From the human T2T-CHM13v2.0 reference genome, Homo sapiens: a stretch of DNA of 64,000 nucleotides. The notes under the pieces were generated by a model. That model was not told where the DNA came from and searched no databases. It worked only from the letters and a program-made list of their open reading frames with translations. The stretch is taken from the NCBI RefSeq assembly GCF_009914755.1, contig NC_060940.1, one strand, 5' to 3'. This document shows positions 1-22,869 of the stretch, one piece after another; the first letter of the stretch is position 1, and the number at the start of each line of letters is the position of its first letter. Position numbers and translations under genes: made by a program.

Positions 1-316
1 CCAAGAGGGTAAAAGCAATCTTAGTATAATGACAGGTCATGGAAAAATAGGAGACATAAATAGATATTGACAAATTATTTTTTCTTTCCATTTTCATTTG
101 TGTGGGGATTTTTCATGCAAAACAGGGACATAAAGTATTTGTGCAAGTCAAAATGTTTACTGAACAATTTTATAATAATCACAAATAGACCAGTTAAGTA
201 TTTTCTAGACCATGCCAGCATTTGGATTTTTTTTAAACAGGTAACTTTTTTAAATCAGTGACAACTAAATGATGTTTAGAGCATGTTAAATGTATAGTAG
301 AATCCATTAATTCCCC

Positions 317-619
317 TTTTTTTTTTTTTTTTTTTTTTTTTGAGATGGAATCAGCTCTTGCCTGGGCTGGAGTGCAGTGTCATAATCTCACCTCACAGCA
401 GCCTCCACCTCCTAGCTTCAAGCAATTATCCTGCCTCAACCTCCTGAGTAGCTGGGATTACAGATGTGTGCCACCAGGCCTGGCTAATTTTTGTATTTTT
501 AGTAGAGACGGGGTTCACCATGTTGGCCAGGCTGGTCTCGAACTCCTGACCTCAAAAGATCAGCCCACCTGGGCCTCCAAAAGTGCTGGGATTACAGGCA
601 TGAGTTACTGCATCTGACC
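317..619 (-). mobile_element. Alu (full length)
   Basis: poly(T) then GAGATGG...GGCTGGAGTGCAGT...GCTGGGATTACAGGCATGAG. Confidence 0.95.
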
Positions 620-804
620 CCCCCCTTTTTTTTTTTTTTAAAGCAAATTATCCTACATGTAAGTACATGTATTTTAATGAACTTCCCTGTTGTTCCTGGG
701 GATTTATTATTAAAATGCACTGAACTACTTATTTTTAATGCTACTAAGGGGCTGGATATTTTTATTTTACTAATTAACTGAAGCCCTATGAGGTTTTTTG
801 GGAT

Positions 805-1106
805 TTGTTTTTGTTTTTTGGTTTTGAGACTGAGTCTCGCTCTGTCACCCAGGCTGGAGTGCAGTGGCGTGATCTCGACTCACTGCAACCTCCGACTCCC
901 AGCTTCAAGGGATTCTTGAGCCTCAGCCTCTCGAGTAGCTGAGATTACAGGAATGCACCACCACATCCAACTAATTTTTGTATTTTTAGTAGAGACACGG
1001 TTGCACCATGTTGGCCAGGGTGGTCTTAAACTCCTGCCCTCAAGAAATCCCTCAACTTGGCCTCCCAAAGTGTTGAGATTACAGGTTTGTGCCACTGTGC
1101 CCGGCC
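805..1106 (-). mobile_element. AluS-like
   Basis: Antisense Alu consensus; approximate TSD CCCTATGAGGTTT / CCCCGTGAGGTTT. Confidence 0.95.
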
Positions 1107-1134
1107 CCCGTGAGGTTTAAGATAGTAGTTTGAG

Positions 1135-1270
1135 TCCAGGTGCAGTGGCTCCCACCTGTAATCCCAGCACTTTGGGAAGCCGAGGTGGAAGGATCACTTG
1201 AGCTCAGGAGTTTAGAGACCAGCCTGGACAACATAGTGAGACCCTGACTCTACCAAAAAACAATAACAAC
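1135..1270 (+). mobile_element. Free left Alu monomer (FLAM-like)
   Basis: Left arm only, ending in A-rich tail. Confidence 0.85.
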
Positions 1271-1294
1271 AGAGAATTTTTTTAAAAAAGACAA

Positions 1295-1450
1295 GAGTTT
1301 GCAAACTATAACGCACAGGTAAATCACCTGGGAGTCTTGTTAAAATGCAGATTCTGGCACCACAGGTCAGAAGTGAGGCCTGAGAATCTGCATTTTGAAC
1401 AAGCTCCCTGGTGAAGCTGACCTGCTGGTCTGGGGACCACACTTTGAGAG
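1295..1450. mobile_element. MER5A-like hAT-Charlie
   Basis: AATCACCTGGGAGTCTTGTTAAAATGCAGATTCT...GGGGACCACACTTTGAG. Confidence 0.8.
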
Positions 1451-1562
1451 TGAGAGTTTGCCATTATCAAACCCACAGAGCCCATTTACATCCTGGCAGG
1501 GATTAGAATCCAAGCCTCCAGGTAATCTAGTTATTGTTCATCTATCCCACATAGACCTTAGG

Positions 1563-2010
<448 letters not shown>

Positions 2011-2104
2011 CCAGTAAAAGAAGTAGAGATTAACTTCAAATGAACAAATTATTAAGCATTTTAAAATATCTATTGGGAGGAAATGCAGTGCTTACTCTAG
2101 GAGG

Positions 2105-2320
2105 AAGTTAATCAGCAATATGTTGCAATTGCTAGAGATGTTCAGAAGCAGTAAACAAGGAGGGAGGATAAGAGGGATAGATTTAATTTCTGTAGTTGTT
2201 CAAAAGGCTATTGATAAGGTTCTCCAGGAAAGGCTGATAAAGATGAGTCACCAGAGGATGGAAGGAATGTTTCCTCGTGATAGGAAAGTGACTTAGAGCC
2301 TGGAAACAAAGGCAAGGGAC
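2105..2320 (+). mobile_element. CR1/L3-clade LINE reverse-transcriptase relic
   Basis: CAAAAGGCTATTGATAAGGTTCTCCAGGAAAGGCTGATAAAG (from 2201) = QKAIDKVLQERLIK, resembling CR1 RT FQKAFDKVPHQRLL; downstream GGAAACAAAGG resembles RKQRV. Confidence 0.65.
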
Positions 2321-2689
2321 GAACAAGCACTTATCTACGCTAGGGTGGGTGGCAAGCCTGCCACAACGCTGGGGGGAAAGGAGGGGAGATGGGATGGGCT
2401 ATAAGCTGAGAATGTGCACTTGCTTTCATTTAAGGCAATGAGTGCATTTACAAGGCAGTTTCAAGGTGTTGCAGTTTAGGAGCGAGTGAATGGGAGGCTG
2501 GAATAAATGCCAGATGAGATAATACCTTGAATAGAACTGACTCTTCTACTCAAAGAACAACTAACTTCGAGGCAAATGCAATTAAAAATAAAATGCTTAG
2601 GTTGTCAGTTTGGGTGAATGTTGGAATGAAATGGATGACTAAGGGAAATACACTACGCAGAAATCGCAACAGAAGAGCACAGTTTAAAC

Positions 2690-2880
2690 CGGAGGGTCTC
2701 TGGTTTAAGCCTGAGGCTGCAGATCACCATTGCTTGGGGAATGTCTGCAAATTGCCAAGGTCTGGGCTCCACGCTGGACCTGCTGCATCAGAATCTTAGA
2801 AGGGGGATGGACTCAGGCATCTGTGTTGTGCAGGGAGAAACACTCCACTGGAGATTCTGATGCACAGCGAGGAATGAATC
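2690..2880. mobile_element. MER5-like hAT
   Basis: GACCTGCTGCATCAGAATCT...GCATCTGTG...GATTCTGATGCACA. Confidence 0.6.
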
Positions 2881-3465
2881 CCAATGAGTTGGCTTATTAG
2901 AATGATGCGGAAAGACTCATATTTGTCAACCAAAGAAAAATGTTTCTCAGTTAGTTAATGGAACATAATAGCATGGTACATAGTTCTTAATATTCATTTT
3001 TCTTCAACAATTTATTGAGAAATAGAATGCAAATACAGAAAAGAACACAAAACACAAATATACAACTTACCAGATTGTATAAACACCTGTGAAACCCCCA
3101 ACAGATTAATAAATAAGGTTATTGCCAGCACCCCATGAGTCCCTTAGGTACCCCTTCTCAATTACACACCCCTATCTACCCTCCAAAGTAACAACAATCC
3201 TGGCATTTTAAAGACTCAATTCCTTGTTTTGCCTTCTAGTTTCACCTCCTCAAGATGCTCCCTCAACAATATCGTCTCATTTTTCATGCTTTTGAACTTT
3301 TTATAAATAGGAGTACATATTTTATGTCCGATTTCTTTCATTCAATACTTTTCAAAGACTTATCTATGTTCTTGTTTGTACCTGGGCTCTTTCATTCTCT
3401 CTTTTTTTATTATTTTACTTGTTTATTTTTTTGAGACAGGGCCTTGCTCTGTCACCCAACCTGAG

Positions 3466-3829
3466 TGATATGGTTTGGCTGTGTCCCCACCCAAATCTCA
3501 TCTTGAATTGTAACTCTCATAATTCCCGTGTGTCATGGGAGGGACGCTGTGGGAGGTAATTGAATCATGGAGGCAGATCTTTCTCGTGCTGTTCTCATGA
3601 TAGTGCATAAGTCTCGTGAGATCTGATGGTTTTATAAAGGGCAGTTTCCTGGCACACGCTCTCTTGCCTGCCGCCCTGTAAGACATGATTTTGCTCCTCC
3701 TTCACCTTCTACCATAATTGTGAGGCCTCCTCAGCCACGTGGAACTGTGAGTCCATCAAACCTCTTTCCTTTATAAATTACCCAGTCTCAGGTATGTCTT
3801 TATTAGCAGCGTGAGAACAGACTAAAATC
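3466..3829 (+). mobile_element. THE1 solo LTR
   Basis: TGATATGGTTTGGCTGTGTCCCCACCCAAATCTCATCTTGAATTGTA...TTTATTAGCAGCGTGAGAACAGACTAA; TSD CTGAG. Confidence 0.9.
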
Positions 3830-3963
3830 CTGAGCATGGCTCACTGCAGCCTCCACATCCTGGGCTAAAAAGATCCTCCCATCTCAGCCTCCCAAGTAGC
3901 TGGGACCACAAGCACACACCACCACACCTGGCTAATTTTTTAAATTTTTTTGTAGAGATGGGG

Positions 3964-4473
<510 letters not shown>

Positions 4474-4477
4474 TAGA

Positions 4478-4701
4478 GTAATGGTCAGAAAACTGTGGCC
4501 CCTGTGCCAAATCCAGTTCCCCATCTGTTTTGTAAATAAAGTATAATTGAAATATAGCCATGCTTATTCATTTCCCTATTCTCTGTGGCTGCTTACATAC
4601 TACAACAGCAGAGTTGACTAGGTATGACAGAGACTGTACAGCCCTTAAAGCCTAAAATATTGACTCTCTGGCCCTTAACAGAACAAATCTTCCAACCCTT
4701 G
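4478..4701 (+). mobile_element. MER58A-like hAT
   Basis: AAACTGTGGCCC...TTTGTAAATAAAG...AAAGCCTAAAATAT...CCAACCCTTG. Confidence 0.8.
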
Positions 4702-4727
4702 CTGTATAACATTTTATTGTACAAATA

Positions 4728-5127
4728 CAATTGACCCTTGAACAATGCACGAGGTTAGGGATACCAACACCCCACACAGTCAAATATCTGCATATGCTTT
4801 TGACTTCCCCAAAACTTAACTACTTACAGCCTACTGTTCACCAGAAGTATTAACTGATCATTAACAGTTGATTAACACATATTTTGCATGTTATCTTTAT
4901 CACATACTGTACACTTACAATCAAGTAAGCTTAGGGAAAAGAAAATGATATTAAGAAAATCATAAGAAAGAGAAAATGTATTTACTGTGGAAGTGGATCA
5001 AGGAAGATGGTCTTACCATCTCAGGGGTAGCAGAGGTAGAAGAAAATCTGCATATAAGTGGACCCAGAAAATGTGCATATTAAGTGGACCCACATAGTTT
5101 AAACTCGTGTTGTTCAAGGCTCAACTG
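4728..5127. mobile_element. Tigger2-family non-autonomous element
   Basis: TIRs CAATTGACCCTTGAACAA ... TTGTTCAAGGCTCAACTG. Confidence 0.8.
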
Positions 5128-5461
5128 CTACCAAAACTTATTTATCCATTCCATTACTGATGGATATGTGGATGGTTTCCAATTTGAGGCTACTACAAAC
5201 ATTCCTGCTATGAATATTCATGTGCATGTCTCCTGTGCACAGGATCATGCACTATATACCTAGAAGTGGAACTGTGAGATCATATAATAGGCATAGCTTT
5301 AAAACTGTAGATATTGCCACCTGGTTATACATTGCAAAATGGTTTTTCCAATTTCCTTTTCCACTAGCACAAAATGAGCATTCCTGTGGCTCCATGACCT
5401 TATCTACACCAAGTATAGTGTTTAGTGCTCTCTCATTGCGTTTAGTGTTATCTCATTGTAT

Positions 5462-5978
5462 TTCTTAACTATTGCTTCAAAACAAATTATCCCAGAACTT
5501 AGTGCTTAAAATACCAGACACATAATCTCACATAGTTTCTTTGGGTCAGGAATCTAGGAATGGCTTAGCTGGGTGGTTTGGGCTTAGGCTGTCTCATGAG
5601 CTTGAAATCAAGATGTTGGGCAGAACTGCAGCAAATCCTCATGTCGTCTTCTGAAGGCTCAACTGGGCTAGAGGACCTATTTCCAAACTCACTGACGTGG
5701 CCGCTGGCTGGAGGCCTCAGTTACATGCCCCATAATCCTCTGTGGAGAGCTGTTTGTCACATGACAGCTGGCTTCCCCCAGAGCAACTGATCTTTGAGAG
5801 AGAGAAAGAGAGAATGAGAAATCAAGGTGGTTTCTTTTATGACCTCAACTCAGGAGTGACATACCACCACATCTGCCATATTCTGTTGATCACACAAACC
5901 AACTGTAGTGCAATATGGGAGGGTGTGAACACAAGGTGGCAGGGATCACTGGGAGCCATCCTGAAGTCTGGCTAGCAC
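5462..5978 (-). mobile_element. MLT1 (F/E-like) LTR
   Basis: GGGTCAGGAATCTAGG...GGCTTAGCTGGGTGG...GGATCACTGGGAGCCATC. Confidence 0.75.
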
Positions 5979-6119
5979 ATTCATTGTGGTGTTCGTTTGC
6001 TTTTCGCTGATTACTAATATGTGGAGCACCTTTTCATTTGTGTTGGCCATCAGAATTTCTTCTTTTGTAAGTATTTTGGTCATTTTTTCTGTGGAGCTGT
6101 ATGAGTGCTTGAGTGTTTG

Positions 6120-8672
<2,553 letters not shown>

Positions 8673-9342
8673 CTAAATTAAATCCTACCTTGTCCATGAC
8701 AACTTCTCCAGGCAGAGAATCCCTCATCTGACCACACCTGATAATGTGGATTCTGTCTCCGTCAAGTAGGTAACCACACATGCTACCATATAACTTAATT
8801 CCCGTAGCTGCTACATTTTCCACTCAAAGACAGGAATGGCGTTTTAGTAAAGGATTTTATGGTATTCATTTTTGTGCATCTAACACAGAACCTACATGCA
8901 GTAGATGCTTAATAAATAAATATATAATTTTTCATTATTTGAATTGTGATTTATTGTCTATGCTAGGCACCAGAACGAATGAATGAATGTTCATTTCCAA
9001 GACAAACAAGAATAATCTCCAACAACATACAAACTTAAGATCCTAATCAGGGTTCATCCACAGGAATAGAGCTAAATATCACTTGCTAAATGATAATGTG
9101 GTATTCAACTAGCTCCATGTATCCTTTCAATGGCTCCTGCAGCTCTTCAAGTCCAAGAATTAAAGCCCTATTTGTGATCACCAGCAAAGAAGCAAAAGCC
9201 CCTTGAACACCCTGCACACACATCTCCTCTATTGTTTGTCACACATACAGATACCCAGTTTATTACGAGGTCTGAACTCAGTGAAGGTATAAACACGAAA
9301 GCAGTTTCATTTTTCTCCAACTACTCACTACCTTTAACTACA

Positions 9343-10209
<867 letters not shown>

Positions 10210-10865
10210 TACTCCCAAATATTCCTCTCTCTTAGAAACATAGTTTTTAGTCCCATTACGGTATTTAAAAGCCTAACACAAGCAACTCAGTAAGTTTAAA
10301 GCTTCAATATCACATGCAATTTCAAGATCTTCTCCTCATAGCTCAGTTTGACCACTGGTCAAAAGGACCTTTGTCTATTTCTCTGATGGTTGCAGAATCT
10401 AGCTGATGCATGCATACATGTGCACATATGTGTGCACATACACACATACTGGCACATACTTATACTAAGAAATAATCTGCTGCTTATCTGAAATTCAAAT
10501 GTAACTGAGAGTCCTATATTTTATGTGGCAACCCTACTTCCCACTCCTTCTTCTGGGTTTCCCATTCTCCTCCGAGGTGTTGGGCTCCAGGAAGAAAGAT
10601 GCAGAGCGAGGAAGTGTGAACATCTTCTACTTAACTGCTGCTGCTGTAATTCTCCTTCAGCTGTCATCCACCGTGGTTGCAGCCTGCCAAATCCGGCTTT
10701 CCTCAGGCACTTGTACAAGCTTTCAGGCGGCCCTGCAGGGTGGCACATTTTCTCTAAGACAACTAGTCACGTGCTCAATGCCCATGAGTTCAAGAGCCTC
10801 CTTTCCTCCCACCCAAAGCCCTTATCCCCAAGGAGGTGAGATTAATTTCTGATCAGGTGGGCCTT

Positions 10866-12430
<1,565 letters not shown>

Positions 12431-12902
12431 GTGGCCCTGATTCTCCTCTGAGCAAAGGACTTTTCTGTTCTTATCCATTCAAATCAATAGTGCTTATAGC
12501 AAAGAGCCCAGACATAGTACTCAGAAAATCTGCACTTTCCCGCCATTCAGTGCCAAATCTAAAACAAGTTGCCTAAAGTCTCTTGGTCTCTATTTGACCA
12601 ATTGAAATCGGAACAGTAATATCCACCTTCGGAGGAGGGTCTGGACCTCCATAAAGATAGCCAATGAAACATGCTAACTCAAGAAATATCAATTATAATT
12701 CCTCCTATTTATACCATTTTTGCATCCATTACCTTAACTCACGTATTCATACAACAAACATGTATTAAAACCAAATACCTCCCAGGTTCTGGGTATGCAC
12801 TAGATTATCAAAAGAGCACTATATTATGATTATCATTCATTGTGCATTTGCTTCATGCTGTTATGTTGACCATTCTGCATATGTTATTTTTTTCATTTTA
12901 TC

Positions 12903-13810
12903 ATGGCAGAGAGCATTATCTCTCCACCAAAAGTTCATGCTCTTCCTTCCATTGTATAGAGGTATTCCCAGCTACCCTCCCAACAAGAGATGATATTACC
13001 TAGCTACCTTCATAGTTAGATACATTATGTGACCAAATTCTAACTGTAGAATATGAGTAGAAGAAATGTTCACCATTTCTTACTCTTGTCCATTAAAAAA
13101 AAAACAAAAACCACATGGGGCTGTTTCATGTTCTTTCCCTTTTCTCTGTCTTGAAGCCAAGACCCAGGGAATTGTAGCCATAGATCCTAGTATTGTAGGC
13201 AACTTCCAGGATGGTTCCCAATGATTTACACCTCCAAGTATTTATCCCCATGTGTTGTCACTCTTATATTGAATACGGCAGTCTTGTGTAACCAATAGGA
13301 CTTTATGGAAATGACAAAATATTACTTATAAGGCCAGTTCATAAAGGATATTGTGGTTTCTGTCTTCTTCATTCTGGATTACTCACTCTGGGGGAAGCTA
13401 GCGCCATGTTGTGTGGATGCTCAAGCAGCACTGTGGAGAAGACCACATGATAAGTCATTGAGGCTTCCTGCCAACAGCCAAGTAAGTGCGCCATCTTGAA
13501 AGTGGATACAGTCCCAGTCAAGCTTTCAGATGATGGCAACCCTAGCCAACATCTTGACTACAACCTCAAGAGAGACTCTGGTCAGAACACCCCAGCTAAG
13601 CCACTCCCAAATTACTGACCCTCTGAAAGTGTGCAATAATAAATGGTTTTTATGGGGTACACAGAAATAGATAACTAATATGCCTGGATTCCTGAATGAC
13701 TACAAGGAAAACTACTGCTAACAAGGAACACATACATTGAATGAGTGGTAAATAAACATCTATAGTGTTAAACCACTGAATATTTGAGGTTTGTTACATT
13801 GCATAATGAC
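12903..13810 (+). mobile_element. Nested MLT1 LTRs (inner ~13194-13682)
   Basis: Inner GATGGTTCCCAATGAT...CAGAAATAGATAACTAATA; outer end TAAACCACTGAATATTTGAGGTTTGTTAC. Confidence 0.7.
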
Positions 13811-14233
13811 TACTCTATTCCAGTATTATCAATTCAAATTTTATTCTCATCTACTATTCTGTATAAGAGACCCTCATGACACTGAGGTTGGGACAAAATA
13901 ATATTTGAATTTTATGCATTTGTTTGCTCTTGTAGACGGTAGTTGCCTTCAAACTTCATTTGCTAATGGAAACATTTTTTCAATAAATCCTTTCCCGATC
14001 TCCCAATACAAAACAGAGAATATCTGAGCATGTTCATACTGAACAAAGCAAGGTTACAGTAGTGACGATCTCACACCCTCTGTCTCAGCCTCTAACCCAC
14101 TCCTTGAAGTCACCTTGGGACATAATAACAGCATTTCCAACAGGGAAGACATGGCCTGAGGAACACAGATTCACCAATATAAAATTCTGGGATACTTTGT
14201 AATGGAAACAGCACTTGGAAGAGTTAATTATCA

Positions 14234-15138
<905 letters not shown>

Positions 15139-15715
15139 TCATCAAAGTAGATGCAATTTTGGAGAGTCAGAGAGAATTCTGAATGTTAAAAAGACAGCCA
15201 AATTATACTGCTTCAGTCAGTGTGAGCCTTACATCTCTGGTCATCTCAGTAGTTAAAATTCAGTTCTTCTTGAAATCCTTTTAAGTTCTAAGATTTCCTT
15301 TCTTTCATAGGGAAAGACAATGGTGATTCTGGTTAAAGCTGGAAAGCAGCAGTGGGTTTGATGTTTAACTGCTCTCAGCTCACTTTCCAGGCAACTCTAG
15401 AAGATATATATATATATTTTACATTTAAGAATATATATATATATTTTACATTTTAATCATACATTTTTAAAAGGAAAAAGGATTATTTTGTTCACGTTAC
15501 AAGTGTGTCTTCATCTCTTCCCTTAGGAAATGTCTTGAAGGCAAATAGAAGGAGATGCTACCATGTGAAGTAGATCCTGCTGTCAAACCCAGAGGGTTCA
15601 ACAGTTTGGGAATAAAGCTCGCTTGAAGGAAGAAATTCCAAGTGTCTTTCAAAGCTAATGACTATTAGCACGATTTTCTTTTTTGCAATCACATGGATAC
15701 AATGGCAAAGCAATG

Positions 15716-16760
<1,045 letters not shown>

Positions 16761-17188
16761 ATACTACAAAGCAGGTGTACAAAACATGAACGTTCTTCTT
16801 TGTCCGTAAATATCTTGCTCATGTGCCCTTGTCCCACTGATGTCAGGGGTGGAAAAATCCTAACTTCCAGTTAAGGTAACTTGGTTACTTCTAGTTCAAA
16901 ACAGTCTCTCTAGTGCTGGTTCAATTTCTTTTGGATAAATATTCAATCCAATTCAAGGTTCAAATTCTCTACCAGGGCCATCTCTCTCTTGTCAAGGGTT
17001 GGTTCCTCATTCTCTGTCTCAAGATGGTATGGCATCCAGGTCCTCAGAAAAGCCTACACTTCCTCCTAATGATGGGGCAGGGGCCCACATATGTCCCACT
17101 GTGCTGTCTCCTGGACCTTCAGTATTCTCTGCAGAAATGTCCTTTGTCCTGCCCGATCACTGAGACTTCTGCTGGCCTCTGATGCCGG

Positions 17189-17800
17189 TGATATAGGAGT
17201 AAAGAAGAAATTATTTAGGCAGACAGTGAGGGTAAGGAAGTCCTCAGTAAGGTTTCCTTTTAATGAAAAGCAGCCCCTGAATCATTTCTTTTCTAACAAA
17301 CAGCAGCCTGTAAAATTGAGCTGCAGACACAGAAGCTTGCACGGGTGAATGCGGCAGCTGTGTCAATAGGAAAAGGCTACCTGGGACTAGGCATGTTCAA
17401 AATGGCAGCTGCATCTTCCCTTTCCCTTTCCAACCACATGTGCATTAGGCAGCAGACAACATGGTGCCGGCCAAGTGGAAAGCCTATTTGCATAATAAGA
17501 TTAGGGTGGCGTGGCCAGCTTCCCCACATGCTATGTAAAACTCACACCTGGTCCAACCAATCTGTGGGCCCTGTGTCAATCAGACACTGCCTCCTCAAGC
17601 CTGTCTATAAAATCCAATGCACTCCATCGTGGGTCAGAAGTCCCACTGGCGCACTCCTCTCTCTCCTACTGTTACCCTTTCTCTTTCTTTTGCCTATTAA
17701 ACTTCTGCTCCTAAACCCAATTCTTGTGTCCGCAAACTCGATTTCCTTGGCATGAGACAACAAACCCCCAGTATTTACCCCAGACAATGACACCATCTCA
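17189..17800 (+). mobile_element. ERV1 solo LTR, LTR9 (HUERS-P3)-like
   Basis: TGATATAGGAGTAAAGAAGAAATTATTTAGGCAG...CCCCAGACAATGACACCATCTCA; TG..CA ends; 4-bp TSD CCGG/CTGG; CCAAT, TATAAAA, ATTAAA. Confidence 0.8.
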
Positions 17801-18021
17801 CTGGTGGCCACAGTTGGTAGATGCTCAGATCTCCCAGTTGGGTTGTGCCACTGGGTGACTGGGCCAGGACCCTCTGTTGGGTAAGTCCCGCCTTAGCTTT
17901 CGCTGGCTCCGTGGATCCCTCTGAGATTGGGCTGTGACTTCCTTTCAATCTCCCTGGCCTCAGCAATCCATCCTGTAGCTCTTGGCTACACAGTCCTATG
18001 TTGACCCTATAATAAAAAGAC

Positions 18022-18755
<734 letters not shown>

Positions 18756-19112
18756 ACAGCTAGTACATTCAATTACTTTCTTTGTCTCTCTTGGTAATGG
18801 TGGAGGGGAGTGCTGGAGGTATTCCCAGGCACTCAGGAATTGACAGAGACCCAAGGCACCAGTGAAAGCCCTCTCTACATAAACACACGACACCACCAGT
18901 GTTCCTCTAATGCAGCCACTCTGTGCTGGTGCAGGGCTTCCGATGACTCATTTGCATCCCAGAGTCTCAAATGGGGACTGGGGCCCATACCCCACTGCTT
19001 GAGGATTCCCCCATATGTCTCCAGTTTTTGCTACTACACATTCTCACCCCACCCAGCAGGAGTTTTGATCCAGAGGGAGGGAGACAGGACACACTTACCT
19101 GACCCTTGTCCT

Positions 19113-19204
19113 TCCTCTCTCTCTCTCTCTTTCTCTCCCAATCTCTCTCTCTCTCTCTCCCAATCTCTCTCTCTCTCTTTCACCCACAGACACACACACA
19201 CACA
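19113..19204. repeat. (CT)n/(CA)n compound microsatellite
   Basis: Directly visible. Confidence 0.9.
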
Positions 19205-19273
19205 TGCACTTATATCAAAAACTTTGGAATCAAAAAGCTCACTGCTATTTCAAAGACAAATACTACAAGTTCA

Positions 19274-19779
<506 letters not shown>

Positions 19780-20019
19780 CTATGAGCTCAGTTTTGGGTG
19801 AGACACTGAAGATGTAATGGGGGAGAAAGCATTCATTGGTATGGGCAAAGCAATAAAAGAAAACTCTAGGAGTCAACTAAGTGGGATATGAACGAAAACT
19901 ACCAGAAATGGTGATTAGCTCATCTATCATCAGAAAGAATCAACTCATCATTTCAAAAAAAACAAATAAAAATTGGGCCATAATTAGGTCCAATTAACTC
20001 ATCCTTCAAACACATTCTC

Positions 20020-20440
20020 TGTAGTGGACATCTGTTGTTTTGGCTGCCTTTCGGGTAATTACAAGCCAGTTTCCCTTTGGAGGAACATCCCTCCCCCAAA
20101 TGTCTGCCATATAATTGATTGGGAATGACCCCATCCCTAACTCCAGGAATGGGTATCAACTCCCTGAAGCCAATCAGCTAATCAGTCTAATCCCCCAAGC
20201 CACAGTTTAAAGATTCACACATAACCAGTTAGAGCCAATGAGCTTCAAGGGGGTGCGTGGAAGAGAAGATGTCACTCTTCTTCTGAATATGTAGCCACCA
20301 TCTTGTTTCCACTGTAGAGGCAGCCTAAGGATGAAGCCAACCTATGGGAGAAGGCAGTGAGAAAGGATGGTCACACTACTTGAGGCTGAATGTAGATTAA
20401 CTTCTCAGTACTGTGAGCCAATACTGACCTAAGTGCTTAG
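20020..20440 (+). mobile_element. Old MLT1 (K/L-like) LTR, followed by MIR fragments to ~20740
   Basis: TGTAGTGGACATCTGTTGTTTT...GCCAATCAG...AGCCACCATCTTG. Confidence 0.55.
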
Positions 20441-20743
20441 GACATACATCATTTGCACAACCCAGTAAGAGGTAGGGTATTACCCCATTCTACAGGAAAC
20501 CTGGTACTCATATAAATTAAGAGGATTGTCTAGTGTCACAAAAGCCAGGATTTGCAACCAATCATCTTGGATGCCAAAGCCCTGGCTCTTAATCATTCTA
20601 CATGCTTATATAATCCTCACAATAAACTAAAACTCAGAGAGTTTAGGTAACATGTCCAAAGTCACACAGAAGGGAGATAAATGATGGAGCTGTGATTCTC
20701 ATTCAGAATTTTTTGTCTACAAAGTCTGCATATTCTGCTTTAA

Positions 20744-21356
<613 letters not shown>

Positions 21357-21459
21357 TGATATGGTATAGCAAGAGGGGCAATAAAGATAATAATAACCTA
21401 GCTATGCATAAACAGAAACCCAGCTAGATTTATTCCCTACTTGGAGGGTCTTTTGGATA

Positions 21460-21870
21460 CCACTGGCCCTCCCCTTAAATCCATTCTCTTCTTTCTAGGT
21501 ATGGAGGTGAACTACAATTCCCAGCATCCCTTGCAGTTAGGTGTTTAGTGATTTAGTTCTTGCCAAAGGGATTCAAGTGGAAGTGGTGTGTGTCTAGGCC
21601 TATGCAGTGGGCGTGACTCCTCCATGTTCTTTCTCTTTCCCACTGGTTGGAACCCTCACCATGCAGATGATGTTAATGCACTGGTATAGAGCAAAGCAAC
21701 ACGATGAAAGAACCTGGGTCCCTGAAAGACTATGTGGATTAGAGCCACCTCAATGATCTCAACTGCTAACCTCAGCACTGTTACATGAGAGGGAAAAAAC
21801 CACTTTGTTCTTTAAGCCATGTATTGTTGGATACTTTTGTTATGGCCGCTTAGCAGTTTTACACTAAGAC
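21460..21870 (+). mobile_element. MLT1 (I/J-like) LTR
   Basis: ACTACAATTCCCAGCATCCCTTGCAGTTAGG...AACCTGGGTCCCTGAA...TTTAAGCCA. Confidence 0.7.
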
Positions 21871-22274
21871 AAGGATCTAGAGGTCTTGGAAAAGAATTAG
21901 TCATGTTACGGGTGAGCTCAAGAAAAGTAACTAAACACAGCTCCCTATCTCAGGTTAAAAGCCACAGGATCTCATGCCTCTTTGTTATTCTCTCAGCATG
22001 AAAGCTCACTGCAGTGAATGAATAAAGCCAGCACTGGGTCAGGGGCTAAGGCAAGCTGCAGAGACTGTAAGGCATGGAGCCAGCATCTGTAGCAGACAGC
22101 AGGGAAAGTATGCCACATAGCTTAAGAGAGTTTCCTAAAATCCTGGTGCTGTGAGCAGAGCCTTTGAGAGAACCAGTGAACCCCCAAAACATCTGTTACA
22201 TGAAGACCAAAAATGAGGGACTCTTCTGCCGGGAGGAAGCATCAGAAAATATTACTTTGATGGTGCCTTGGTAA

Positions 22275-22620
22275 TTTTGAGCTGTTATAACAAGATACCA
22301 TAGACTGGGTGGCTTAAACAACAAGCATTTGTTTCTCATAGTTCTGGAGGCTGGGAAGTTCAAGATCAAGGCATGGGCTGATCCTGTGTCTGGCGAGGGC
22401 TCTCCTTCTGATTTGCAGAAGGCCACTTCCCATTATACCTTCATATGAACAGAGAGAGAGAAAGCTCTCCTGTCTCTTTTTATAACTTCATTAATCTTAT
22501 AAGGACTCCAACTTCATATCTAATCACCTCCCAAAGGCCCTTTCTCCACATACCACTACATTAAGAATAACAGTTTCAACATATGAATTTTGGGAAGACA
22601 CAAGCATGCAATTCATAACG
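22275..22620 (-). mobile_element. MLT1A-like LTR
   Basis: GCTGTTATAACAAGATACCATAGACTGGGTGGCTTAAACAACAAG. Confidence 0.85.
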
Positions 22621-22869
22621 ATGGGGTTTCTTGAGGGAAAAAAATCAACATCAAATAGTAGCTCACTGGAAGCCATAGATTAGAACTTCTTCTCTATCTC
22701 TCATAGTGCCAGTGCTCAGAAATCACCATTTGGTTAACTGATTTCCCGAGTATAATAATGTAGTCACAATCCCTTTGAGCGGACACATATTACTCGTGGG
22801 CAAGGGTATAGGGAAATAAATCACCTTGTACTCTGATGCTGAGGATGTTAGGGAAATACCACACTCCAG

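Noticed and set aside
1-315. AT-rich unique start as a gene 3' UTR, and assignment of a chromosome locus
   Set aside because: No identifiable gene sequence or convincing poly(A) site; the locus is not recognised.
15400-15455. ~28-bp tandem duplication (ATATATATATATATTTTACATTT twice)
   Set aside because: Ordinary slippage in AT-rich DNA.
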